A stretch of DNA of 64,000 nucleotides from Amoeboaphelidium protococcarum X5 (GCA_023515725.1 JALDTO010000162.1:45983-109982); one strand, 5' to 3'. Shown: positions 41,998 to 56,797, counted from the stretch's first letter. Made by a program: numbers and translations. Notes: a model not told the origin generated them from the sequence alone.

Positions 41998-44958
41998 TCA
42001 TGAAGATACGCCTTTGCTACTCAAATAATTCTTGGTAACTTGCAAAGTTCCTTGAAGAGCACCAGCCACTTGTTCTTTAATACCTTTCAGCTGAGTTAAG
42101 AAGTACTGCTCTGGATCAGCAACTTGCAGCATGGCGTCATTCTGATGCTATTGCAAATGCACAGAATTCAACTTGACAAACACAGACTTGTATCCACTCT
42201 CCTCCACGTCCTGCAAGTAAATCTCTTCATCAGTCACACCGTTAGTGTCAGCACTCTTCTTAGCCAGCGGCGAAACTATCAGCTTTACAATTTCATCAAT
42301 CAATTTCGCACATAGGGAAGAGTTCTCAACCTAATGTAAGAACTTGGCTTCGGATAAGCATCTTCCAACGCCCACTATGGCAATTTTCACGTCAGCGGGC
42401 TGCATTAACAGTTTCAATTCATTCAGAACGATTGATTAAAACAGCATCTGAGGAAGCTTAGGCTGAATCTGGTCCAAGACAGAGCAGAACAACTAAACAC
42501 CATTAAATCTAGAGTTACAGAACAACTGCAGTGACCACTTTACGAAATGCAGCGCGAACTTTCCAGTCTTGTTAGATTGCAGTCGCACCAGTAACAATTG
42601 GAATATCTACTGATTATACTGCTGCAAGAACTAAGGCTGCACCTGCTCATAAATCGACACCAACAATTCGAATCCGAATGCTTCATTGGCGCGGGACGCA
42701 ATCAGTTTCTAGAATATACCAAGGAAGGCAGGCAGCTAATTATTTGCGACAATTTTAGAAGAATCCTTCATCAAATAAACTTCCAGCAGATTCACCAATG
42801 CAGGTACATTACCATGATTCTCCCACAATGGAGGCTGCAATAAAGGAGGGAGCAGAGGAGTATACGCATCAGGAATAGCCGCCTCCTTATGGAGACTCAT
42901 CAATAGAGCCAAGATTTGCAACACATATGAAGTAAACTCGGGAATATCCATTTACAGAATAGCCTGAATAGGAGGAAATAGCAGAGCCTCAAAACGACCA
43001 AGTAATGTAATATCCGCTGCGCAAGCAAATCTAATCATTGAGCTAATAGACTCAAACACGTAATGGTTAAACTTGGGATTACTAGGATTCTTACTGATCA
43101 ACTCCAGTATTCCCACGAGTCTCTTCAATAGCACTTCAGCAAACGGCGCCAGGCTGCTCTTTGCAACAAATAACACCCGCATCACACTCTTGATGAGATA
43201 ATCATTTTCTGACACCTTCTCCGGGCTCTGGCCAGCCTCAATAAGTGTAAACAAATTCCCCAACAATGGCTCAACAAATGGCTTAACGTCATCAGTGGTA
43301 AACATATAATCACCTCCAACTTTGATGAACAGCATTCTTTCAACACAGACTGCCGCATACGTGTGCACAACGTAATTGCTAGACTTGAGATGCTCAATCA
43401 CTAATGGCAATACAGACAAGAGTTGTTATTTAGACAGTTAGTGTCGAAACGTATTCAGAAACTTTAGAGCATCAACTTTGAGCACAGGATGAACAGAAGG
43501 ATCATCAGCTCCTGTCTAGAGATCTGGCAGGATATTCTAGCTGAAAATGTCCCCAATGTTGATATTAGCATTGGTCTTCGTGGCACCTAGATTCACAGTT
43601 CCAGCTTTGGCTGTGATAGCAATAAGCAAATATATAGCCATATCCTTATCTTTCCAATTTAACTGCTTATTCTGATTGTATTTCTGCATAAATGTGGCAA
43701 AGTATCCTCCAATTAGAGAGGTGAGTTCATTCTCAAAATGCTCAGCAAGACTTCTCACCAAATCGGCAGCACTACGTCTCCTGGTGTCCGCATCAGAACC
43801 TTCCAGGTCGCGTCTGATATACTCAATAGGATTATCCTCAAATAGCTCAATATCAGATTCGCGCAGATATACATTAGGAAGAACAACCTTTTCAGTGATT
43901 GAAGTCAGAGCTTCATTGCCGGCAAACATCTTACTGTGACGAGGATGCTTTGCAACACTAGATAAGAATTGGATGGATGTACTGACAAGATGATCGTATT
44001 TAGTTTACTGCCCAGCCAGAGTTGCCACATCCCAAATAATTTACACGAATTCCGGCATTTACTTAAACTCCTCCTCGTACTTTTTGGTGTACAAGTCAAT
44101 AATCTCACAGATAGATGCCTTGACCTTTTCAACTGGGCCAACTTCTTCGTCATCATCTGTATCAAGGATAGGATTCTGATATGTCAAATACTTTTTAAAT
44201 AATGCCATAAACTCAGCCATGTGATCTTCAAAAAACTCTGGCAAATCTTGAGAGTTCAGACTCAAGAAGATCTTACACAGGAGAATCATGGAATTAATTA
44301 GGACATGAAGTGCCTGGGAATTGGCAGAATTCTGATCAATCAACTTATCCGTATTCTGCATCAAATGCCAGTATGGGAGACAGAACGAGTCCAGCACATA
44401 CTTGATCTCAGCAAACAACTAATCACTCTTGAATTCATGACGATAACGCTTGAAAAGAGAGTGAGCCGTCTACAGAATTCCATTATTGACGCGATAATCC
44501 GTCTCTGAGAGTCGTGAAACCAAATCAGGAATGAGCGACTGCCAATGCTCGGGAAAGTCCGTGACGGCCATTTGCGCGACCGCCTCACTCAACTACAGCG
44601 ACAATTTGTCCGGCAATGCAACCATTAGGCCAATTATCTGAGCCTTGAGAGCAGTCCTGTCATCTTCAGTTATCATGTTCTCGTCAGCGTCAGGGATCCA
44701 GTGGCGTTTTATAAAGTTTTTAAAGTAAAGAGACGCAGCAAATCGCACATTCAAATTTACATTCTCTGAGCTCACCAGTTGTAGTAAAGTTACCAGAAAT
44801 CCTGGTGACTTTTCAGCCTACTTTAAAGATTACTCGGCTACATGATTGGAAATTAAGATAATATGAATATACAAATTTTAATACAAAGACATACCTTGTA
44901 ATCTGCTTTGAGAAACTAATGTCTACTCCAACAGGGTTGATATCGCGTTGGCGTCCAT
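41998..44958 (-). CDS. CSE1: Exportin-2 / importin-alpha re-exporter Cse1; one intron near the 5' end
   Basis: LYFKNFIKRHW, QDLPEFFED, FEDNPIEYIRRDLEGSDADTRRR, VVHTYAA, ENDYLIK, KNPSNPKFNHYVFE. Confidence 0.95.
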
Positions 44959-45112
44959 ATTCTTCTTAGTTCTGTTTGAATTTTTGAGATTGTTGGAACG
45001 TTTGGTCTGCCGTGATGGAAAAAGAAATAAGCAATCGTTCCCTCTAACTTGGGGTAAATTCTATTCAAACACGACGCGTTCTCTGGATATCGAAACGAAA
45101 TTAAACGACAAA

Positions 45113-45818
45113 ATGTCTGGTCAAGATCAAGTGCGCGACATTGTCTAGGTGTTATACTGCGGAAAATGCGGCCTGCCTGTTGAGTATTGGTAAGATTATA
45201 CGCTCACGGTAGTTTTGCTTACAATTTTAAACATACAATTGTGTAGTGAGGTTAATAAAAAGGCTGAATAATGCAAGAAATGGCTGCTTTAGAATAATCC
45301 CACTGTGTACGGAGTTGTTTATGGTGATAATAATGCTCTCAATATTAAGCAGATTACAGAAAGTGTGGACAAGCTTGAAGTGTCTTCTTCTTAGGATCAA
45401 GTCGACATATAAAAAGGTGATGCTGAAAAGCAGAGTTCCGCTGCACCAGGAGAGCCTGCTGAAGTCAAATAAGTCAAAGCCGCCAAGGCAAAGAAATAAG
45501 CAGCTAAGCAAGTAATCGTAAAGAAGATTGATAGAAATAAGAGAAAACACGTCACGTCCATATTCGGTCTTGAGCAGTATGACATTGATTTGAAGAAGAC
45601 TGCTAAACAGTTTGCAGGTATGTATAACGATAGAATTGACACTTATGTCTATTATTTATCACTTTGTAGGCAAGTTTGCGTGTGGAAGTAGCGTTTCAAA
45701 AACAGCTGATGGTAAAGATGAAATTGTCATTCAAGGTGACGTGATGGACGCTGTAATTCAGATTCTGATAGATCAATTTAAAGTACCACAAGGCGACATT
45801 GTCCGCAAAGAAAAGTGA
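45113..45818 (+). CDS. TMA22: Density-regulated protein DENR/Tma22 (SUI1 domain); two introns
   Basis: VLYCGKCGLPVEYC, RNKRKHVT, KFACGSSVSK, DEIVIQGD. Confidence 0.92.
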
Positions 45819-45911
45819 GTCAATCTTCAATGACTTATTTGATCATTTCCGCTTCTTGTTGTCTTTTTTTCGCATCTTAAAAATAGTTTTGATTTAATAA
45901 CGATCAAGAAA

Positions 45912-46298
45912 ATGTTGGGATATTCCACGTCACTTAAGGGATTAGCACTGCAATTAATTGCGCAATAGAGAACTAGATATACTTATCTGCGGAATAGGGC
46001 GCGTCCCAAGAGGCAAATGCTCAGAGCTGAGGTGGCATCAGAAGCAGAAAAGACTCGCCTGGTTCTGAAATCGATACATTAGCACACTGCTCTCCCGCTG
46101 AAAGATCGGTTGCGCGCTATGCTTCTACTGGACAATATGCACTCCTATACGCGTCCAGGTGCTATCAAAGAACGATGCGTTCTGACCGGACGTGGTAATG
46201 GTATGATCCGCGGTTGGAGAATTAACAGGATCACTTTCAGAGAGGCGGCGATCAACGGTAAGATATGTGGTCTCCGGGAAGCTTACAATGAAAAGTGA
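45912..46298 (+). CDS. MRP2: Mitochondrial ribosomal protein uS14m
   Basis: MHSYTRPGAIKERCVLTGRG...WRINRITFREAA.G.ICG. Confidence 0.85.
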
Positions 46299-46579
46299 TA
46301 TTTATTAAATAAGTTCTTAGTTTGCTACCTATCTCTCACCTTTCTTTCAAATGTTATGATATTCATTGGACTCCCTTGATCGAGACACACATGTTCTACA
46401 TTCTAATGTTACATTCCGTTTTTAGAAGATCTTCGTTTCGGAATTCACACTTGGGCGCGTTTTGTTTATTTAGCTTCTCGAGCCCTGTATGAGTCTTTAA
46501 CTTTAAACGTACACTGTATATTATTTATTAACCTTTTATCACATTTATATTTTAGATATAATATTTACGTAATAATTTA

Positions 46580-47782
46580 ATGAGCGATTAGGAATCCAGG
46601 TCGGCGAATATCTCAATAAAGGATCTGAATATAAACCAAGAGTCGTCGAATGCGTATCCGAATGCAGAAAGTATCAGTGTAAACGGTGATATTGATAGTC
46701 GTGCTAGTCAGACGTTAGAAGACAACGAAGTTTAATAGTAATAGTAGTAACCATAGTAGCCCAAGAAGAGAGGGCGAAAAAGGAAATTAAGACCAGAAAG
46801 TTTGGAATAGCCTTCCTCTCAGTCTGCCTTAGATCTACTACAGGCGTCTATAGCAGCATAAAAATAACTTATTGAATACAAGCCGATCCGTGCCGATCCC
46901 GTTATTTCGATAATTAATAGCTCGTTCCTATAGCGTGAAGATGCTGATATAGATCAAGATGCAGCAGCTGAATCTATCTCACCAATTGATTTAGAAGATT
47001 AATAGTATATCATTCGATTGCTCAACTAGAAACTACCACAAGAGTAAAAATCATCAGATTTTAAGCCCGCCCACAAGTCTGGAAGTGCAAGAACAGAAGG
47101 ATATTATGTGTTATCAAAGAGAAGGAAACTTTAGCTGAGTCAAGAAAGGCGGCAAGCTTCGTTATAGAATTTGGATGATGATAATGAAGCTAATGAGCAA
47201 GATTAGTTGTAACAGTCTCTGTAATAAGCTCCACTCTAACGACTTGCAACATCTAGAGACACGCGACTGACTCACAGGAGATTTGCAGCCGGTTTGGAGG
47301 ATGCGAAATAGACCACCAATTCAGAAGTCCTGTCTTTTAATAAACTTAAAGGTAGAAAGAAGCATCTAAAGTTTTGTAAATCAGCGATACATGACTGGGG
47401 TTTATACGCTGAAGAGCGAATTGAGAAGGGAGAGATGATCATTGAGTACATTGGAGAGATTGTGAGGTAGAAAATCGCCGATATGCGCGAGAAGGAGTAT
47501 GAAAAGATTGGCATTGGGTCGAGCTATTTGTTCCGTATGGATGAAGATCAGATTGTGGATGCGACTTTGTGCGGTAACTTGGCGCGTTTCATCAATCATT
47601 GCTGCGATCCCAACTGCATTGCCAAGATTATAAGCATCAATGGGGAGAAGAAAATAGTGATATATGCCAAGGAGGATATTGAAGTTGGTCAAGAAATTAC
47701 ATACGACTATAAATTTCCGGTAGAAGATGACAAAATACCGTGTCTATGCGGATCTCCCAATTGCAGGGGAACACTCAATTGA
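46580..47782 (+). CDS. SET1: Set1-type histone H3K4 methyltransferase, short form (n-SET, SET, post-SET)
   Basis: Win motif [10 protein letters not shown](Q)[67 protein letters not shown]. Confidence 0.88.
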
Positions 47783-47884
47783 TTAATTTGGACTCTTCCG
47801 ACTGCTGACTGAATGATGATGGTACTTTACAATTTTCAATGTATATTAACAATATTGCAGCACATTTCTTCAATTCAAATTAAT

Positions 47885-48518
47885 TCATATAATTTCCCAT
47901 TGTTTCAACAGGAAAGTCAAGAGTATAACTACCATTGCAACTTGTAGACTTTACTGTACAATTAGCCGCACGTTAATCTTCTTTGAAACGCTATCGAGGC
48001 GTGCCGATTCGTCATTCTGTTGTTTCAGCGTTGTTTTGCGTAAAAGTTCAGCCTTGTTCAATTCAACACTTTTCTTGAAACATTCTTCAGCCATGTCGCT
48101 TTATTGCAATCCTCTGTAGGCTACATTATATACTGCATTATGGATGACAATATCATGGTCACTTGACTCAATGTACGCGTTAAAATACCTCGGCCACGCA
48201 TATCGAACGCATTAGAGTGAAGAGTAACACATTTCTACACATCATTCTCATATACACAATTTGTATCTGAGTATTATACAGAGCATGATTTACCGGCATA
48301 AGCTCATCGGAAGTACGATCTTCAAATTTCAATAAAGTCTAGGCATCTTTAACAACTGCATCATAATTGCGTTCACCCAAGTATGCCATTGCACGAAGTA
48401 AATAGAAATTAGGAACATTACTGTACTATTCAATTAGCTTTGAAGATATTTCAATTATGCCAACATTATTCTATGCCTCCACAGCCTTTGCAATCTCATC
48501 CAAGAGTGATTTGGTCAT
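47885..48518 (-). CDS. Small TPR protein with C-terminal hydrophobic anchor; two introns
   Basis: FYLLRAMAYLGERNYDAVVKDA and, after splicing, DMRGRAYRGL(QQ)SDMAEECFKKSVELN; tail VAMVVILLTFLL. Confidence 0.65.
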
Positions 48519-48703
48519 TATCACTATGGCTAAAACTACAGACCGCCTAGCAAGTGTCCGTCTAACAAGTATCACCCACTGCGTTAAGTCCGCGTTAAAA
48601 ACTACTCGGGAAAGAAATGATCGATCGGACGAACGATGATCTGTCTCCTTTCAACAACGCGCGTGAGTACTGACTGACCTTGAGGTGTGAAGTTAAAGGC
48701 GCG

Positions 48704-49342
48704 ATGTCTCAGACTTAATAGAGACAGTAGAATAACGATTAATCTCAAATTTCAGACCAATAATCGTATGCGAATGATACAGTCGGCCATCTAATACAGC
48801 AGATCGATAGGTACCCCATCGTGCAAGAAGTCAAAGTTTATTATGCGCGGAACAGACACTTAATCAAGCCGTGGTCAGAGTTTATGGATCTGAAGCGAAT
48901 GTCTCTACCTCAATCTTCTCAGGATGCCATTAATAGAATTCAGTTCAATGTTCGGTATTTCGCTCTCAATTACATTATAGTCACGCTGGGAGTTTTGATT
49001 TGGTTCCTGATTACTCGCCTAGATTTGCTGTTGGTGATTGTCGCTGTGGCTCTCGTGGTATTCTGGATTAGTAATCATCCACAGGTGACTTTTAAGCTGG
49101 GCGGTAACACGGTGAACATGAAGTAGAGGGAGCTGTACATTGTAACTGCCATAATAGCTCTACCGCTTCTATATTGGGCATCAGCGGGCTCTGTGATATT
49201 CTGGTTTGTGATATTAAGTGCATCGCTAATGTTGGCTCACGCTGTTAATCTAGATAAAGCTTAGCTGGAAGATTCATCTGACTCTGCTACTAACGTAAAT
49301 AGCAGGAGAACTGCGAACTAATCCAATTAAAGTAATGTATGA
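48704..49342 (+). CDS. PRA1 family (prenylated Rab acceptor, Yip3-like)
   Basis: IKPWSEF..RMSLP..RIQFNVRYFALNY and late LAHA motif; hydrophobic segments. Confidence 0.85.
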
Positions 49343-49438
49343 TTTCAACCTTACAACGCGTCAATGTAATATCAATTGTATTTCCAATGTTCAATTCAAA
49401 GCCGTTCTTATAGATAACCACGAGTGAAATAGGTCATA

Positions 49439-51134
49439 TCACAATTTGCAATCTTGTTTATAATCTTTTGGAATGACTTGCTCCATACGATCAAAGAATG
49501 CATCCAGAGTGCAGAGATCTTTATGCTTTGGATGATGTTTACCCTTGGCTTAGCAGAACGGCAACTATCTTATAACACCGTTGTATTTCGATCTGATGTA
49601 CAGCGATGATGTCGGTGATTTACCACTCTGCTACACCAAAGTAGTATCTTGAAGCAGTTCAAACGTGAGATTACTTGCAAATGCTGGCCATCGATCGTCA
49701 TCCAATTTCAACATTCCCAGCACCGGTCCGAGTGTACTATCATGACCAGAGTAGATGGCCATCTTGAGTTCATCCTAACCTTTGATATTATTATCATTCA
49801 TATTAGTATTACCAGACCTCAACTCTTAATCGCTAGAATTCTTATCATGACTGCCATCAACAACTTGCTTAATTCTCCACTCGAATACTTGCTTCATCTC
49901 GTTTATGAATCTGCCAATTCCCAGTCTAACAGCCTCATCGTTGCTCTAATAGACGCGGAACCAGAGATTATTGACATATCTTTCCAATTGGAGCATATCA
50001 GCAGGTTCAACTTGACTAGGCAACTTGATATTATGCGCATACAGAGCAATCAAAGTATCTTGGATCATGTGCAGATTAGGCTTAGATGGAAGATCAACCA
50101 GCTACTTAAATTTCTAATTGAGACCAGCAACGAATTCTTTATTATTCTATTTCCACGACTCTGAAAACTCCTTAACCATGCGGCGCCATTTCAAGCAGGT
50201 GGAGTCTCCGAACAGAGTCTCATCGCCATGGAATCTGGTGTACACCGTCGGGGATCCTCTTCGATACTGACGAGGATAAATTCCACCCAGCAGATGCTAG
50301 ACACTCTCCACAGTGCGCGGGTAATCAGTACTCCTCACGTACAAATGCTACTAGTGACGACTTGAATCCCAGACGGGTGGGAGGAAGCGCAACTTATCAA
50401 CGTATAACTGTCGCAAGGAGGTACCCAGTCGGTAATGCGTCTCCCTACCCTTATCAGTCAACTGGCCAAAGAAACAAGTACCTGGTGGGACTCTTATAGC
50501 ATCGCCGCTCTTCCCCAAGTGACCGGTGCGGTGTAGACCAGCCTCAATGTGACCAGGTTCTTCAATACGCTTCTGAATATGACCAACCGCATTCAAGTTA
50601 TCGCGCGAAATATAAGAAGGCATCTCGGAGGGGGTAGCAGAGTCACCTGCATCTTCAGTCAAATGTGGTTCTTGAACAGTTGAACTGGTAGACCAGAATT
50701 CCCTGTCTGGATATTCTTCAGATGGATGGTATTGCTAGTGGCCGCCAGTCGGTGTATCTCCAGAGTCATTACCGCCAACATTAACAGCCACAGGAGCATT
50801 AGCCATCAAGCGCGATTAATATTCTTACACATTCGCTGCCTACACTTGAACTATTATTATTTATTCAATAACCATCAAAACTTGGTGTGAATAATCTTAC
50901 AAAGAAGGAGGATAAATGACATAGTGGCCAATGTTGAGGAACAAGTCCGGGAAGGTAATTGCCTATAGGAGTGCGTTCGCCGTGTCTGTGAACAAACTGC
51001 ACTTGAAGCAATTTCAAGTATGACGGATAATGTTTATTAACATAAGCATCATCTGCAGATTCATGTCCAATGACATTTACGTTCAGCTAATCTGCCGCTG
51101 TTGAAGACTTTGTATTCGAGTTCTACTTCACCAT
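49439..51134 (-). CDS. Histidine acid phosphatase (branch 2, ACP6-like); one intron
   Basis: QFVHRHGERTP, GQLTDKG, YVRSTDYPRT and SGHDSTL motifs. Confidence 0.85.
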
Positions 51135-51362
51135 CTTCAGACACTTTTAGATTTAAACGCGACCAAGATAATGAACGTCAGGAAGAGGATTGATCTGAAA
51201 AGCTCTATTAAAAGAGCAACATTAGGTAAAAGTAAAAAGTCCTGTCAAAATACTAAAAAATAATTCATTCGTCTCACTTAAAGTTCATTCTTAACACACT
51301 ATAAGACTCACGTACACACACACACACACACACACTAACACTCATTCGCACAAGGACGATAT

Positions 51363-54300
51363 TCATCCCTGGAAACCAAATCCACCGTTGGCATATTGCT
51401 GTTGAGGCAAATAACTACCACCAGTATTCTGAGGATTCTATTGCTGCACGTAGCCACCAGCACCCCAAGCTGGAGCATTAGCCAGCATCAATGGCTAGCC
51501 CATGCCCATCATAGGAGCAGACATTTCCTGCTTCTCTTTAATCTCCTCCTTCTGAGTTCTCTCCTGGTTAGCCTTGTCCAGAACTTCAACCTTGCCCACC
51601 AGTTCTTTCACAGTCTAAATCATGAAAGGCATTGCAAAATCCATGAGCCCGTTACGCCATGCCACCTCCATCACAACATCAGGCTTCAGAAGATCATAAC
51701 AATTGAAGAGACATGCGGCAAAGCAATCCTTCAACTTCTGATCTACAAAGAACTACAGCAGATCCTCGGCAACCTCAGCATCTCTCGACTCGGCGGCAGT
51801 CTCCATCGCATCTTTGTACAACTTATCCTGCTTTGACAAGGCGACAGATTGCTTCCAACGACGATTCTTCTTGTACAAAACAGCAGCGATTCTGCGGAAT
51901 TCGAGCAGTTCATGCTTCTCCAGTCTCTGCGCCAGAGCAATGTTATCAAAGTTGTCAAACTGATCAATAGAGTGGCGAAGAGTCTGATAGTCTTCTTCCT
52001 CGATCAGCAGATCATTGTACGCATTGTTCACAGCCTGATTATTAACATTCTGCACAGCGACGAGGTATTTCTTAATCAGAGGAACATTGTCAGTCTTTTA
52101 GAACATTTACACCACGCGGGTATGGTCAATTCTGGCACTGAGTACAGTCAGCAGATCATTGATCAACAGAGGCTATTCATCCAGATAAAATCTCAAAGCC
52201 TTATAGTACAGCTCAATGTTGGATACTTTTACTACAATATCCTTAAACTGTGCGTGATCCCAAGCCTCGGCAGCATTCTTCATGATAGTCTACGCGGCAT
52301 TGTCAAATTCATCGTAATGAATGTATAAGAACACCAATTCCTTCCACAGGTGAGCACTCTCAACAGCACGGATAACCTTTGGAATATTGATACGAGAGTA
52401 AAACAACTTGAGGTGCTCCATCAACTTCTCTGGCTTGTACTTGGTGTACAATATAGCCAACTCCGTAAACATTCCCATGTGCGCACGCTCAAGACCAAGG
52501 CCAGATTCCAACAACTAAATCAACTCTTCGAAATAACCTCTGCTCTCATACAAGTACACCAGATCAGATAACTCCTCAGCATGTACAACCAAATGCAGGC
52601 CACAAATCTGAGCCAGCTTGAACTCTTTGTGCTCAACACAAGCATTATTTACTTCCTTCCACACCTTGGTACTGTTGGCCTTTCTAGCACAGTCAACAGC
52701 CTACTGATAGTCATTCAAGTATACCAGAGTGGTAGCAAGTCTCGCCCAGTTGGACACTGAGTTAAACAGAATCTTGGCCGCTTCGTACATCTTCTGATCA
52801 AAACATCGCTCACCGACATTGGCAATCTAGGCCACATTGGGACTGTTGATAAACTCTTCCAAATCAGCAAGGCGCTTAGTCTTGGCAAAAGCAAAGATAA
52901 GCTCACTCTCTACGGCAGGTTCACGCGACTTCTTGCGGGCCATTTGCAAGTACGGAATCAAATCTTCAAACTTGTCCTCACCATTGGCCACAGCGATAAC
53001 CTCAGCATAATTAGTCTCATCATCAGCATGGATATAAGAGTTGATAGCCTCTTTCAGTAAATGGTTATCCAATTAAGCTTTCGCAAGTCGAGACCAGGTC
53101 TGAGGTTGGTTAATACGCTCAGCAAACTCAAATGCACGATCCAAGTCATTCAAGTTGTCCAACAGAACAGAGATGGCCTAGTCATTCACGTCATACTTCT
53201 TGTAGATGGTGAAAGCCTCCTCGAAAAGATCAGCACCAACTGCAATCTGTGCAATGTCCATATAATCAAAGTTATTCAGACGAGTGACATAATCCATAAC
53301 TTTCGACTTGTCAGCCTTGACAGCGGTAAGGATCAATAAGTTTTGCAGATTCTTATTGTCGCTGAAAATAGAGTTCTCCAACACAATCTTTTCCAAGAGT
53401 TCAATAAGTTCATTAGGCAAATCGGCAGCCATGAAAGCCTTGACACAAAGGGAGACATCTTCAGGATCTTGACTCTCAGGAAGAGCCACTGCAACAACTT
53501 GATCAATGAGCTGACGGCGATACTGATTCTCAGAGGTGAGCACCTTGGCCCACAGTTCCATATCACGTTTCTTCACCAGATATCTGGCCTAGTGCTTGAA
53601 CATCTAGTTCTCATTAGTCACTGCAATCAGCTCATCATCGCACTAACCTTTCTGATATGCAACGAATGCCAAGTACGGATCTCTCTTCTCACAATACTGT
53701 CCAATAACCTTAGGATCATAGACATTGTTCTCCTTCAGGAAGGCTTCCGGATTGTTGTTGGAATCAATGTAAATCTTTGCCAGAGCATTGAAGATGGAAG
53801 TATCACGCTGACCATCCTTGATCTTTGCTTCCAGATAAGGCAACAGAAGCTTTAATCTGTTTCTCTTCTCCACCTCAGCCACGAGATTATCAATAGGCAA
53901 AGGACTACGCACACTCTGCAGAAGACCTTTGATAATCTGCTCGTCACAGTCAACATCCAGAAGAGCACCGACAACTTCAGGAGTACGGGACGGATTTACC
54001 TTTTGCACGTAAATCTCAATGTACTTGGCCATGTTATTCTGGTACAGATACAGCACAAGATCATGAACAAAATCAAATCTATCACAAACGATAATCAAAG
54101 GCAACTAGTCGCTCAGCTTGGCCTCCTTCAAGAAATTTTTCACCTTCTCCGCATCATAACAGTTGGATTCACGACAAATTCTCTCCACCTCCTTCAACTG
54201 ACCAGTTCGGCAAGCAGCTTAAATGTACTTGAAATGCACAACAGGATCTTGACTAAAGTTAACAATGGCTCCCAAATAATAATACAAACCTTCGAAACTC

Positions 54301-56480
54301 TTAAAACCTTCAAACATTTCAATCAGCTTGATGGCACCCAACTACTCAGTGTATTTACCGGCAATCTGAACTACTATCTGCATATTCTGGCGCATATTGT
54401 TGGTGAGCATCTCCTTAAGACACTCCAACGACTGTTCCACACTCAACTTGCCAAAATAATTGACCAGCCACTCTGGATTCAACATGTGCGTATGGACGAT
54501 ATTTCGCTTAATATCGTAAATATCAGTGTAATGCTCCAATGCACGCTGCAACAGAACAGCCTTTTCACACAGAGAGGCAATTTGAGGACGATCATAATGG
54601 GTGAACATTTCATTGCCAAGAATAGCATCAGCAACTTGAGGAGCAGACATCAGGTTCATTTCAAGCAGTCTCGTCTACAAGTGACCCTACTCCTCTTTAT
54701 TCTCCTTCAACGCGTCCAGGAGGAAAGAAGTACATTGCTGAACCATGTTATTCTGCGCAAAGATATCGACAATCTAATCCAGATTCACCTTAATCTCAGG
54801 ATCATTGGCCACCAGAGATGCAAACTCGCTTCCCTTCTCAGGGTCCATTCTCATGATATTAGCCAGTAGGTAGCTGTAATCTGGCTGATATCCAACCTTC
54901 TTTGCATACAGAATAATCTTAGAGTACTGTCCAGTCTCGGCAAAGCACTGAATTACCTTATTAGGGACATTAGCACGTAGGTAGACAGATAATGCCAGAG
55001 TTAGATCGTGACTCTTCACCATATCACCCAATTCCTCACTGCACTCCAACTTGTCCTCCTTAAGCCACTTCTCCAATAACTACTTTCTTCCTTGAGCCAA
55101 CACTGGTCTGGTCAGCTCTAAACTCTCAAACTTGTTCAAGTTGCCCTTCTCAAGCAGAATGCCAAAGTACTGCAGGATAGGCGACACTTGACCAGACGGA
55201 ACAGGCACAACCTTGAAGCGTTCAATAGTCTAAGGAGTTCTCAAGATGCCACGAGGGGAATTGGCGGCAACTTTAGCAGCCTCAGAGAAATTACCTTGAC
55301 TGAACAATTGCTAAAATCTAGCCACGTAGATATCATCCGCTCCAGGTAAATTATTGCGAGATGCCATCTTGATAGCCAGCTCAGGATCATTCAGCTTCTT
55401 CAAAACGTACTACACCACCGTCTAGGCATCCATGGTCACACTCAAAACTTGTCCTTTGCGATTGACACCAATAAGACCACCGGTAGACTCTTAGTCAGCA
55501 GTGACAAACACAGTATCACTAGAGATTCTATTCATGAAAATGCAGGTGCCAGACTCCAGGTCATAGACATGAATAAAGCCATACTTGGTCACAACATAGA
55601 TAACGCTGTACTTCTTACTGATCTGCATAGAGACTGGAAAGTCATTCAACGCCTCAGGAGGAAAGTAAACGTCAACAGCCTTCTTCTAGAATGCCGGATT
55701 CCCTTCCTTGTAGTCAATCTCGATAATATGCAACTTGGCCGCAGTAGCAGTTCTCACGGCAAAAGCAAATAGTTTAGTAGGCTGGCTAGCTCCATCAAGC
55801 TGAATATCAGCGAAAGCACCAGCATGTCCCTCAATAGACTATGAGACTCCACGGTCAACAGCATACAACTACATGGCACCAACAACTCTTCCCTGCTAAG
55901 CACTGATACCGGTAACCAGTAACCACTTTTCATCAGAATTAACTCTGTAATTGATAATCTGACACCCAGACAGAGACGGATGACGATCAAACATCTTCAC
56001 CGGGCCAGAGTCACCCTCGACAGACCAGTGGAAAACAGCAGTCTGCGTTACAAGACCAACTACATTCACAGAAATCCACTTCCAAAACACAACATCTTCA
56101 TTCATCAAATGAGCCTTCACCTTGGCCTTCATTTCAATATTAAATATCTGCAACTGACGTCCAGCTTTAAGAGCAATGACTTTACTGACAGGATTCATAA
56201 TGGCAGAGTCTGCAGTAATCGGGCGTCTAATCACATTGTTCGGATCATTCATGTCAATAATGACAACCTAATTCTACTCTCCAACCAGTTCACGGACACA
56301 GATAAAACGGTCACTCTCCATGGTAAGAGTATTGAACCCAATGTTGGCTGCATTGATACCCAACGATTGCAACTACATTCACTGACATAAGATAGGACCA
56401 GAGGTTATCACCTTAAAAAGTTGAGTTAATGTTACCTGCAAATGCTCCTAAAACTTTATCGGAACCAAATTATCACCCAT
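51363..56480 (-). CDS. CHC1: Clathrin heavy chain; one intron near the 5' end
   Basis: [81 protein letters not shown]. Confidence 0.97.
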
Positions 56481-56712
56481 ATCTCAAAGTTGTTATTACT
56501 GTAGAGTTGTTTTTATGAGTAATGTAAGTTAAGATAAGTACAACAGTGTTGTTGTTATTATTATAGTCTTCTCGCACAGAGAAAGGAAGGATGAACGGAG
56601 AGACAGACAGCCAGCAGAACGACGGACGATCCGAGAAAGAAACTGTCAGACGTAACGAACGAATTAGAAATGACGGAAGCGAGCAGAAACAGAAAGGATT
56701 GAGTTTGCTGAG

Positions 56713-56797
56713 AGTAGAGTGAGAGTAGAGAGAGAGTAGAGAGAGAGTGAGAGAGAGTAGATAAAGAGTAGAGAGAGAGTAGAGAGAGAGAGATAGA
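56713..56797. repeat. GA-rich (GAGAGTA/GA)n tract upstream of CHC1 (CT-rich on its sense strand)
   Basis: Directly visible. Confidence 0.9.

Noticed and set aside
48430-48470. Suspected frameshift in the TPR gene
   Set aside because: On re-reading, the frame is continuous (GIIEISSKLIEQY).
54003-54869. Long antisense ORFs in the track (e.g. 54003-54869+, 32400-33155-, 33957-34442-)
   Set aside because: They are shadows of real genes on the opposite strand and carry no motifs of their own.
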